Below are positions 1 through 9,727 of a stretch of DNA of 22,959 nt, one piece after another. The position numbers and the translations under genes are program-made. The DNA is from Cyanophora paradoxa CCMP329 (taxonomy: Eukaryota; Plantae; Glaucophyta): NCBI GenBank assembly GCA_004431415.1, contig QPMI01000586.1:1-22959 (forward strand), read 5' to 3'. The notes below the pieces were generated by a model. That model saw nothing but the letters and a program-made list of their open reading frames with translations. It searched no databases and was not told where the DNA came from. Positions within the stretch are counted from its first letter, which is position 1; each line of letters starts with the position of its first letter.

Positions 1-66
1 TGGAGTTCCGGCGCCCGTGATTGCTAGTGATTTTCTGGTCCCCTCTTCTAGCCCTTCTAGCAAAGA

Positions 67-347
67 ATGCCCGACCCCTCGCCCGACCCGCCGCAGGTGC
101 GAGAGCGCGGGCAGCTCGGACGAGTACTCCGAGCTCACGGATCCCGACCCCGACGAGCCCGGCGACGCCTTCGCGACGGAGAACGAGCGCTTCCTCATGC
201 GCGTCTACGAGGCGCTGCGCGAGGCATCTACTGGGAGGATCCCCGCCTGGGAACCCTGATGAACTTTGCCAAGTCGCCGAGTTCATGTTCGCTATGACCG
301 TGCCCTTCACCCGAGTCGTGCTCTGGGATAGGAACAGGAACTGGTAA
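67..347 (+). CDS. Small acidic hypothetical protein (about 93 aa, reconstructed across frameshifts)
   Basis: ATG at 67 with ATTTTCT 30 nt upstream. Stitched reading: ...SSDEYSELTDPDPDEPGDAFATENERFLMRVYEALR-GIYWEDPRLGTLMNFAK-VAEFMFAMTVPFTRVVLWDRNRNW*, with TAA ending at 347. Confidence 0.5.
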
Positions 348-374
348 AGGCCATTGATAAAACAGTACAGAGCC

Positions 375-747
375 CTACGAGCTAGAGCTGCTATCGCCCG
401 AGTCCAGGCGCCCCTTCTTGGCCTTGGAGCGGCGGAGGCGGGAGACGTACTGCAGGCGCAGGTTGCGCACTAGGAGCTCGCCGGCCGTGGTGCCCGGCAG
501 CCCGGGAACCGAGTCCGTGGGCAGCAGCTGTCCCTCGCGTATCGCCTTGTACGTCTTGCGCTTGTTGAATGCAACCTTCTCCGTATCCTCCGCGACGGGA
601 CTTCCAGCGCCAGCGTGCGCTTGGCCTTCTTGACGGAGACTGCGTTCGCACGCTCCAGCTTCACTCGGGCTCCAGGGGGGTAGGGGCGACTGCGGTTCGC
701 CACCGGGTTCTCAGCGAAGGAAACACGGGGGGAAAGCCGCCGCGCAT
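375..747 (-). CDS. Small basic (Lys/Arg-rich) hypothetical protein, about 125 aa, frameshifted
   Basis: ATG at 747. Reads ...ANRSRPYPPGARVKLERANAVSVKKAKRTLALEVP, then after a frame change DTEKVAFNKRKTYKAIREGQLLPTDSVPGLPGTTAGELLVRNLRLQYVSRLRRSKAKKGRLDSGDSSSSS* (TAG 377-375). Confidence 0.5.
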
Positions 748-763
748 GGTTCGCTCGGTTTAC

Positions 764-1088
764 CTAGCGTTTAGAAAATAGCGCGCGAGCCTCGAGCACC
801 AGGAGACCCGCCACAACCGCTGCGGCGATGACAACGGCCACCTTGAGCCAGTGCCAGAAGCGCTCGGCCCCGTCCGTCAGCGCGCGGCCCGCCTTGCCCG
901 GTGCGGTGAGCGCGGAGCCCAGGCGCCCGCCGCAATGTCGGCCCACGCGCCTCCGTCGCCGCGCAGGACGTTCTCTCGGTTCTTCGTCTCCACCGTGGCG
1001 CCAATCGCCGCGTTGATCTCGCCGAACTGCAGGCGCGGCTGGCCCTTGGGCCGAAGGTCTTCGTGAGCAGCGCATCGAGCCAGCTCAT
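764..1088 (-). CDS. Small membrane protein with C-terminal TM helix (about 108 aa, frameshifted)
   Basis: MSWLDALLTKTFGP...QPRLQFGEINAAIGATVETKNRENVLRG...AERFWHWLKVAVVIAAAVVAGLLVLEARALFSKR*, with a clear hydrophobic helix before the stop. Confidence 0.6.
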
Positions 1089-1126
1089 CCTTGGCTAGCT
1101 TCCAACCGGGGTTTCGAAAAAACTAT

Positions 1127-1600
1127 CTAAATGACCAGGCCGCGCAGGTACCAGACCATCAGGAGCGAGCCGCCCAGCGCCACCAGCAGCGGCAGGTGCC
1201 CGTCCACGGCGCGCCGCATGCGGTTGTCGCACAGCTCCTGGCAGCTCAGCCGGTTGGCCTCGTCGAAGTAGGCGCTCACGGCGTAGGGGCGGCCGGCGGC
1301 GGTGCAGCCCCCGCCCAGGCACGGGTAGGCCTCCGCCTGGCGCCGCGCGGCCAGCGCCGCCGTCGCCGCGTGCGCCGCCTCCTCTGCCCCGGCGCGATCG
1401 CCACGAGGGGCAGCGCCCCCACGCTCCTGCCCTTGCCCGCCCCCTTGATCGTTTTCAGCGACGGCGGCGCGGGATCCGCCGCCCTCACCCTGGGCCCCTC
1501 CGCCGCCGCCCCACCTTAGCCCTCGCCGCCTCGCCGATCTTGCTGCATCGCGAATCCGATTTGAACACGTGCACAGCAGCTTCTCTACCGCGCTCGACAT
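1127..1600 (-). CDS. Hypothetical protein with a Cys cluster and C-terminal TM anchor
   Basis: 157-aa ORF ending YPCLGGGCTAAGRPYAVSAYFDEANRLSCQELCDNRMRRAVDGHLPLLVALGGSLLMVWYLRGLVI*. The frame of the N-terminal half is uncertain. Confidence 0.55.
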   Translation of the reverse strand: MSSAVEKLLCTCSNRIRDAARSARRRGLRWGGGGGAQGEGGGSRAAVAENDQGGGQGQERGGAAPRGDRAGAEEAAHAATAALAARRQAEAYPCLGGGCTAAGRPYAVSAYFDEANRLSCQELCDNRMRRAVDGHLPLLVALGGSLLMVWYLRGLVI

Positions 1601-1694
1601 CTTCGAACGTGTAACGAGAATGAAGAAAATTTAAAAGGGAACGCCACGGACTCGGAACTCGGAAAAGGGGGAGGGGAGAATGAACTTTGAAAAG

Positions 1695-1883
1695 TTAGCG
1701 CCCGGCGGGGCGCATGCCGGCCGCCGCCTGCGAGGCGCAGCCGGGGGCGTAGAGGCTCTTGGCGGCGTAGCCAAAGCCCACGCCGATGACCGCCGAGGCC
1801 GTGGGGGTGCCGCCGAGGAGCCAGGTGAGGGTCGCGGCGAGGGCTCCTAGCGAGTAGTGGGCAGGATAAGCTTCGAAGGCCAT
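1695..1883 (-). CDS. 62-aa hydrophobic small membrane protein
   Basis: Intact ORF MAFEAYPAHYSLGALAATLTWLLGGTPTASAVIGVGFGYAAKSLYAPGC..., with two short Gly/Ala-rich hydrophobic segments and A/T-rich spacers on both sides. Confidence 0.55.
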   Translation of the reverse strand: MAFEAYPAHYSLGALAATLTWLLGGTPTASAVIGVGFGYAAKSLYAPGCASQAAAGMRPAGR

Positions 1884-1928
1884 CGCGGACGAATTGAGGG
1901 AGGGTTGAGAAAAATACCGCCTCGGGCC

Positions 1929-4900
1929 TCAGTGGTGCAGGTGCCGGAAGCGCGCGTTGTCCTCGCCTCCTCGCGCGCCGCCTGCTCCTCCGCCGCGTCG
2001 ATCTTTGCCCGCGAGGCCTCGCGCGCGCCCGCCTTGCGTACGAGGTGGGCACCGGCGCCCGCCGGTAGCTGTAGCCGAGGCCCTTCGCCAGCTCCACGGT
2101 CCCGTCCTCGAACGCCCGCCAGCTCTCCACGGCCTCCGCCGCGCTCATTCCGCTCCGCGCGGAAGCCCGCCTCCAGCTCGGCGCGGAAGGCGGTGGCCTC
2201 CTGCAGGCGCTGGGCCCAGAGGCCTGGCGCCGCTCTCCGCCTCGCGCGCCTGGCGCGCCGCCAGCGCCCGCCGCTCGGCCTCCTGCTGGCCCGAAGCCTG
2301 GATCGCGGTGAGGACGGCGCCGGGCGGGGAGGGGCTGGGGCCGTCGGCGCTCGCGGAGGAGGCCGAGCTCCCGTAGCCGCTCGGCCCGCGCCGCCGTTCG
2401 TCGGGGTACCCTGCCCTTGGATCAGGAGGGGGCGGGGGGAGGGGGGGTACGGGAGGGAAGGCGGGGGTACGCGGGCCGGACTGGCGCGGCAGCATCTCGT
2501 CGATGCGCTGCTGGCCGGGGCGCTGCTGGGGGCCGTGGCGGGGGGCTGGGCGGAGGAAGGCCGGCGCCGAGTTGCGGGTGCGCTTGCCCTTGCCTTGGTG
2601 TGGGCTTGACGAGGAAGGGCCCGACGTCGGGCGCCGGGTCCTTGAACTGGGCGACGGGGATCGCGATCGCCTCCAGCGCCGGCTGGCTCTCGCCGAGGAG
2701 AGCGGGGCCTTGGGGACGATGCCGCGGATGTAGGTCTGCCAGACGCCGCGAGCTTGTAGGAGTAGGGCGGCACAGGAGCCGAAGCCGGCGAGGGTCTCGT
2801 CCAGCCGGCGTTCTCGATGTCGGCGCCGACGGCGGCGGAGGTGTCGGGGCCCTCCGTGCGCGCGATGTACTCGACGATGCCCGCGACGCTCGTCATGTAG
2901 CCCTCCGTGTTCGGGCGGCGACGTAGGTGGTGGGTCGACGGCGCAGTGGCGATGATGAAGCGGGTGAGGGGACAGGAGGCCGTCTCCTGCCAGAAGCCGA
3001 GGCGCTGCGCCCGCAGCCACGCCGGCTCGAAGGCCTGGATGCAGGAGGCCTTGCCGTCGGAGAGCGCGTGGATGATCTTCCACGCGAAGGTGAAGGCCGC
3101 GACCATGAGCGCCGGCAGCTCGTTCTCGCGGATGTCGGAGTGGAGGTAGGTGCGCTTCTTGGCCGGCTTGTGGTCGAGGGGATCAGGACGACGCGGGCGA
3201 AGAACTCGAGCATGCGGTTCTCGAGCTGCGCCGGGGCAAGTGAGAAAGGCGCCGGGGAAGGGAAGGGGGGCAGGGGAACGGGCGCACCTGCGGAAGCTGT
3301 TGCAGACGATGACAAGCACCTTGCGCGTCGCCTTGGTGCGCACATCGTCGCCGCGGACGTTCTTGAAGTTGCGGGAGTAGGCGTCGCCGGAGCGCATCTT
3401 GAGCTCCTCTCCGAGCAGGCCTTAGGGTCGAGGCCCTCCGCCATCACCATGCAGATCGCCTCCTCGCCGCCGTGCTCGAGAAGGCCGAGCCCTTGGAGGG
3501 GCGGTAGACGCAGACGCGGCCCGGCGGCAGGCACTCCGTCATGATCTGCGTCACCATCGACTTGCCTGTGCCCGACTGGCCCTTGATGATGCCGCAGTAC
3601 TGCAGCATGGCGCCCTCGGACGCGGCTCGATCTCCGCGCGCGGCTCCCGGTCGAAGACGGGCTTGTCGCAGAAGTTCCACGGCCGACGAGGTTGAAGGCG
3701 TAGAGGACGGCCGCCGCGTAGCCGAACTCGTCGGCCGTCACGTAGCCGTTGTCCGCCAGGTGCTTGACGACGTTGGGCATGAAGGGGTGCAGCATGCCGT
3801 ACACGGTGGGCCAGTCGCAGGTCTCGGTCGCCTCCTCGATGCCCGCGGGCAGGCGCCCTGGATGTAGCAGGTGTTCATGTAGCCGCGTACCGCTCCCGTG
3901 CCTCCTCGTGCGTCATGACGAGGACGCAGGCGCTGCCCGTGCTGTCCTGCGGCGCCGCACCACGAAATCTGCGCAAGGGGCGTCGGCGGGGTACGGGCGG
4001 GGCGCAGGGGTACGGCGGCGCACGCGTGTCGCAGGCGAAGGCGAAGCCGGGGATGACGGCATCTCGGGGCAGACGTCCTCGAGCTGGAGGGACTCCTCCA
4101 CGAACGTGCGCGTCCGCCCCGAGAGCACCTCCTTCGAGAAGGTGAACTCGAAGGAGCCGGGGTTGGACTCGTAGGTCTTGTGGAAGGTCATCGCCAGCAG
4201 CTGGATGACCTCCTTCATCGTCCGCGCCGGCGTGCCTGTTCGCGCTGACCTTGTCGTACACGAAGAGGTTCGGGAGCTCGACGTAGAAGGTGGGCGGGAG
4301 TTCGGGCCGTAGGGTCTCTGGCGCACGATCCGCTGCGCCGGCAAAGGGGTTAGCGGGGTTCGAACGCGGGAGGGGGCGCACCGGCCGAAGGCGGCTCGGC
4401 CCAGCGCCTTAAGCAGCTGGGCCACGGCCGCCTCCGGCTCTAAGGGGCGGGGCGCGCAGCTAAGGGGGGCGGGGCGCACGTTGTTCTTGACGAAGAGGCG
4501 GAGCGCATCCTGAATGGCCGCCTCCTTCTTGGACTTGTTGTCCTTGCTGTACGTTGTCACGTCGTCGTACTTGACATGTCGATCTCGGGCGCCTCGCGCG
4601 GCTGCACCGCCAGCTCCGCCCGCGCAGCTCCAGCCTGGTGGCGCGCGGCGGCTCGCCGTCGCTCTCCGACGCCTGGCCGTCGTCGTGGTCGCCTCCGCTC
4701 CGCCGCTGATCGCGCAGCAGCTGCCGCTCGCGCTCGCGCCGCTGCTGGGCCCGGCGGGAGAGGCGGCCGGCGCGGGGGCCGGAGGGGGCGGAGGGGCATG
4801 TGGCCGAGGGAGGAGGCGGGCGTGGCGACGGCGTGCCCCGGCGGCGAGGGGATGGGGCGGGCGAGGGGTACCCTGGACGGAGGCGGCGGGCGCTGCGAGG

Positions 4901-5341
4901 GCTGCGAGGGGCGGAAGGGACTGAAGGCCGAGGGGTTGCCGCTCGGGCGCCAGGAGACGTCGGAGGCGGGGCTGGCGGGGGCACGGGGCGGGCGGGCGGC
5001 GGGGGGACGAGGGGCGGCCTGGGGCCGGCGTCGCCGGGCTCGTCGTCCGAGAACTCCTCGATGGGCGGCGGCGGGGCGCCGTCGAGGGAGGGGGAGGGCG
5101 GGAGGGGTAGAACTCGTCGACGGGGGCTCGGGCTCGAAGGTGTCCCCGCCCCCGCCTCCACCGTCGCCGCCAGCTCCGCATCGGGCTCGCCCTCGCGCTC
5201 GCGCTCGCGCTCCAGCTCCATCGCGTACTCCTCCGCCACCTCCAGCTCGCGCGAGGCCTTCGCGTCCGCCGCCGCCGCCAGCGCGGCCTCCATCTCCATC
5301 TCGCGCTCGGCCTCCAGCTCCTCCTCTGTGGGCAGGGTCAT
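1929..5341 (-). CDS. D5-like superfamily 3 helicase/ATPase of NCLDV (phycodnavirus) type; multi-exon, with low-complexity N- and C-terminal extensions
   Basis: Walker A LQYCGIIKGQSGTGKSMVT (GQSGTGKS at 3581-3558), Walker B-like ICMVMAE, motif C VLVIVCN, Arg-finger region FFARVVLIP. The downstream LHSDIRENELPALMVAAF...EPAWLRAQR...ASCPLTRFI resembles my recollection of phycodnavirus D5 ATPase C-termini. Candidate introns: 3226-3287, 3969-4023, 4333-4381, 4440-4479. ATG 5341, TGA 1931-1929, several frameshifts. Confidence 0.8.
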
Positions 5342-5376
5342 TCCTTTGCGCCTCTGGAACGCCCTAGGCTCAGAAA

Positions 5377-7026
5377 TTAGGGGCGGGGAGGGCGCACCGG
5401 CCGCCTTGGGGCCGCCGCCTCCATCTCCTCGCCGAGATCGCGCCGCGCCGCCGGGGCACCCGCCTCCTCCTCCTCGAACCGCAGGTCGATGTAGGCGGCC
5501 TTGCCCTTGCCCTTGCCTTCGCCTGGGCCTGGGCCTGGGCCACGCGCATGGCGCGCGCGAGGCCCTCCGCCGTGATCATGCTGCCGCCGGCCCGGGCGCC
5601 CGAGGCGGAGGCCGTCGCCTCGCCGATCGCCGCCTGGAAGGCCGCGGCCATCGCCTGGCCGGCGCGCGGCAGGCTCCGCGCCCGCTCCAGCTCCTCCTCG
5701 TGAAGTCCAGCGCCCGGGCCGCGGCGGCGGCCTCGGCCTCGCGCTCCGCCTCGGAATCCGAGTCGGAATCCGAGGACTCCGCGGCCGCGAGCATGGGGCG
5801 GGGGCGGGAGGCGGCGGCGGCGGCGGCGGCCGCCTTGTCGAAGACGGGGACGAAGAAGGTGAGGGCGAGGGTGCGCCGCGGCACCACGTACTTCACGGCG
5901 CCGTGGATCATGGGCCGCCCGTGCGAGTCCGGCATCGAGCACCGGCGGATGACCTGCGAGGGGGTTTAAATGGCATCTAAATAGTCTAAATAGCATCTAA
6001 ATAGCATCCAAATAGAAACGGCGCACCTGCACGCGGTCGCCGATGGTGACGCCGGGCACCTCGAACTCAGGAACCAGGTCGAAGGCGCAGATGCCCTGGC
6101 GCCCGTGGCGGTCCCGGCACGTCCGGCAGGCCGCCTCCAGCACGATGCGGATGGCGTAGGCGTCGGTGAGGACGCCGGTGTCCGGCCGCTCGCCCCAGAC
6201 CGCCGAGCTCTCGTGGCGCGTGATGAACGCGCGGCTGTTCCGCATGATGCAGCGCGCCTCGACGCCCATGATGCCTTCGCCAGCCTCTGCGGGCCGGCGG
6301 GGGTCGGCGGGGAGGGGCGGCCGCGGCTGCACGGGCGGCCGGGGGCGCACCTCGGGCGTGTAGGCCGGGTCCGAGCTGAGCACCAGCAGCCAGAGCAGGT
6401 GCGGGGCCGCCTCCGCCATGCGGTTGAAGTAGAACTCCTCCGGGCCGCCAGCAGGCCAATCGTGCGCCACTCGCCCTTGGCGATGTGCCGGGGCACGGCG
6501 CCATGAGCAGCCGCAGGCGCTGCGCCGCGAACAGCCGGCGGCGTCGGAATCGCGCCCGGCTTCGGCTTGCTCGGTGTGTCGAAGTTCTCCTCCGTCATGT
6601 TCAGCGCCGCGTGCATCGCCCGCACGTCCGCGTCTGCGAGCGCGGCGGCGCCTCAGCCGCTGCGAGCCGGCGCGCGAGGGAGAAAGAGGCAGCGAGCACC
6701 TCCGCGAGCCGCAGCCGCGACAGGACGGAGTCGATGGAGAACTGCACCGACGGGCCGGGGGCGCCCTCGAGGTTCAAGGTCCGCGCCGCGGCCAGCTTGC
6801 GCTTGCGCTCGGCCAGCTCGGTCTTGCGCAGCACATCCTTGCTGTTCGGGCTGAACTGCATGCCATCCTCCAGCGCACGCGCCTGCGCCTCCTTCGCCTG
6901 GTCGCTGATACCGGCCTCGAACACCGTCCAATCGACGCCGAAGCTGTCGCCGACGCAGAGAACGTCGTACAGCGTGTTCTTCGCCAGCTTAGCCGGGATC
7001 TCCGGAGGGAGCGCGAGCCGAGACAT
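5377..7026 (-). CDS. Multi-exon hypothetical protein (orphan)
   Basis: MSRLALPPEIPAKLAKNTLYDVLCVGDSFGVDWTVFEAG...EEFYFNRMAEAAPHLLWLLVLSSDPAYTPE...IRIVLEAACRTCRDRHGRQGICAFDLVPEFEVPGVTIGDRVQ|VIRRCSMPDSHGRPMIHGAVKYVVPRRTLALTFFVPVFDK, then an acidic/Ala-rich tail. GTGCGC...GCAG introns are present (e.g. 5954-6026). The stop is uncertain (TAA 5379-5377 or TGA 5372-5370). Confidence 0.65.
5967..6015. repeat. AT-rich 11-nt tandem repeat (TAAATAGCATC, about 4.5 copies) inside an intron
   Basis: taaatggcatc-taaatagtc-taaatagcatc-taaatagcatc-caaatag, within minus-strand intron 5954-6026. Confidence 0.9.
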
Positions 7027-7328
7027 GCTGCTGCCGCCGATGCTGCCGCCGGTGCTGCGCGCGCTCTGCTGGGAGTGCTGCGCGCGCTGCGAAGGTTCTG
7101 GCGCCAAGTTCCCAGCCGATTTGAACGAGCGGCCTGCATTGCATCGCCGGACTGGGCAGTCAAAAAAAAGCGAGAAACCGACCGGGGTTCGAGCCCAAGG
7201 GGGTACGCATTTTGAGGGGGGGGAAGCGGGCTTCAAGTCTGAGTCTTCGCGAGTTGGGGAGGGAACAAGCCAGCGGGGTACGACGTTGAACGGAATCCGT
7301 TGAGACATCGCGGGCAGTAACACTCGCG

Positions 7329-9706
7329 ATGCAGGCGGCGACCTTCCGCTCGTGCGCGAAGCAGCAGCAGCCCGGCGAGCAGGACAGCATAGCCCGCGAT
7401 CTCGGCAGCCTGTCGGCGGAGGAGGCGCTCAACGCGATGACCTGCGATAGCGTGTTCAACTCGGCCGGCGTGCCGCGCTTCGAGCCGTTCGGCGGGCTGA
7501 AGAAGATCCAGAACACGGACGGCCACCCGAAGCGCTTGAAGACCAAGGGCCAGTTCACGCCGGTGAATAAGTTCAACGAGGTTCGCGGTTTCGCCCGCAC
7601 CGCTTCGGCCCCGGCTCACATGCCCGGCTCGCGTGCCCGCGCGCAGATCGTGCCTTACAGCATTCACGAGCTGCCGGAGCATGTGAAGGCGAAGTACGGC
7701 TTCACGCACGGCGATGTGGCGCTGTTGCTGATGTCCGACAATGCGCGGCGGGCTGCTTCAACAGCATCGCGCTCCATCGCGATTTCCATCCGCGCGCGAT
7801 CTTCTCCGGCACTCCGGAGCAGAAGGAGTTCCTCGCGGACCTCAAATCCGGCAGCGGCGGCGCCCACGGGTGAGGGCCCTTCCCTGCGCTCGCGTGCCCG
7901 CGCTTGCTCACGCGCGGGCCGCTGCAGCTCTTGATCGCGCGGGATCAGTGCCTGGCGTCGGTGACGGAGAAGGAGAAGGCCAGCCCGTCCGGCCTCGGCG
8001 TTCGGTGCGATTACGTCATCGTCACCAAGCGCATCAACCCGACGTACGCCAAGAAGTACGACCTCAACTTCGTCTACGTGAAGGAGGGCCGCCGGCCTCG
8101 CAGTACACCGTCACCGTCCAGGCCGGCATCTGCGCCGGCGAGACCATCCAAGGCGCGTACCACGGCGTCGGCACGCTCCCGTCCGGCGGCTTCTTCGACG
8201 TCGTTGATCACATGTTCCTCTCCTGCGCCGATGACATTTACGTGCGCGAGAGCCCGCCCTTTCCCCTTTCCCTGCCCCTGCGCGCGCTAAGGTCGCGTCC
8301 GCAGGTCGGGGAGAACCCGAGCGCGGAGAGCCCGCTGGGCTACGCGTACTGGCTGGTCAGCGTGCAGAAGGTGCTCTCCTGCGCGGCCCTTCTGAAGTAC
8401 GCCAGCGTCTGCGACTCCGGCATGCGGCCCCAGCTCCAGCTTCTCGTGGATCAGGGCCGGAGCGACGAGACCCGCCAGCGCCACCGCGATCTCGCGCGGA
8501 CGGCCGTGCTGAAGCTGGAGGAGGTTCTGCGCGAGGGCCACCCAAACGGGCCGGCCCGCGCCCGTGAGATCCTCTCGGCGGCCATCTCCGTGATCGTCGG
8601 CGAGCTCTCGCACACGGTCCGCCGCCGCCCCGCTTAGCCCGCCTCTCCTCCCTGACCCCGGGCCCTCGGAGCGCAGGAGGAGTCGGACGTTCTCACGCGC
8701 GGGCGGACGAGTTCCAGCGCCAGGCGGAGAAGATCAAGTGCTGGTACGAGAAGGTGAAGAAGCGGAGGAGACGGACCTGCGCGACTGGGGCAGCAAGAGC
8801 GGCGACGCCGAATTCGACCGCGACAAGCTCAAGCGCGTCTTCTTCTGGATGCGCATCTGCGCCAAGCTGGAGGCGCTGATGGACGAGTGGCACATCGAGG
8901 GCGTCCGTCTGGCGAAGGCGATGATCGCCATGGAGTGGGGCCACGGCCACCCGGCGCGCAAGGAGTGCAGCATGCTGGCCAAGGAGATCGGCCGCCGGGG
9001 CCGCTACATCAAGGAGGTGGCCTACGGCATCGAATGTGCGTCCGCCCCGCCTTGGCCTGCGCCCCGCCCTTGGCCTGCGCCCCGCGCTCTCCCCGCTCAC
9101 CCCCTCTCCCGCAGTTACCATCCCGCTCGTCCAATTCTTCCAGCGCGAGTTTGTGCTGATCCAGGCCTCCATCATCAAGATCGGGTCGCTCTCCGCCAAG
9201 GAGGTGGACGAGGCAAGGGACGAGGGCCAGGCGGAGGCGGAGGCGCGCTGGGACGATGCGGCGTTCAGCGCCGTCTGGGGCGTCGGGGACAACGCGCTCT
9301 CGCCCCCCGCCCCGTTCGGCTTCAGCGGGCGGCCCGCGCTGGCGTTCGACGAGCACGGCCTCCCGAGCTGGCGGAGGCGGACGCCGTCGGCTTCAACTGG
9401 GCGACGTTCGAGGCCCGCATCGACGAGAAGGCGAAGGAGGCGCAGATGCGGCTGCTGGAGGAGGGCCTCGTCCCGGCGCCGGTGCCCGCGCCCTTCCCCC
9501 TTCCTCTCCTCCTCGGCCCCTCTCACCGCCTCCTCCAGCCCCCGGCGTCCTCGGCTCCGGCGCCCTTGGCTCCGGCGCCCTCGCCCCCGGCCCTCTGCCC
9601 CACCTACGGAGAGAGGTGCGCCCACGGCGCCGATTGCGCCCTCAACGGCTCCCACCTCCTGCCCGCCAAGAAGGCCCGTGTCCGGACCCTCCCAATAATC
9701 ATATAG
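7329..9706 (+). CDS. Large multi-exon hypothetical protein (orphan)
   Basis: ATG 7329. Coding-like blocks FNSAGVPRFEPFGGLKKIQNTDG, RCDYVIVTKRINPTYAKKYDLNFVYVKEG, YAYWLVSVQKVLSCAALLKY and KLKRVFFWMRICAKLEALMDEWHIEG are separated by introns such as 7581-7646 and 8242-8304. The protein ends with a Pro-rich linker, CPTYGERCAHGADCALNGSH and KKARVR; TAG at 9706. Confidence 0.7.
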
Positions 9707-9727
9707 AGTATTGGAAAGGTCCGGACA

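Noticed and set aside
1-770. Terminal inverted repeat pairing with 11900-12100
   Set aside because: I found no reverse-complement match; the left terminus is not in this window.
1857-5969. Long plus-strand Arg/Gly/Ala-rich ORFs (e.g. 1857-2609, 4800-5969)
   Set aside because: These are antisense shadows of the minus-strand genes in GC-rich DNA.
5967-6015. CRISPR array or telomeric repeat
   Set aside because: The units are 11 nt and directly adjacent with no spacers, and they do not match a TTAGGG-type motif.
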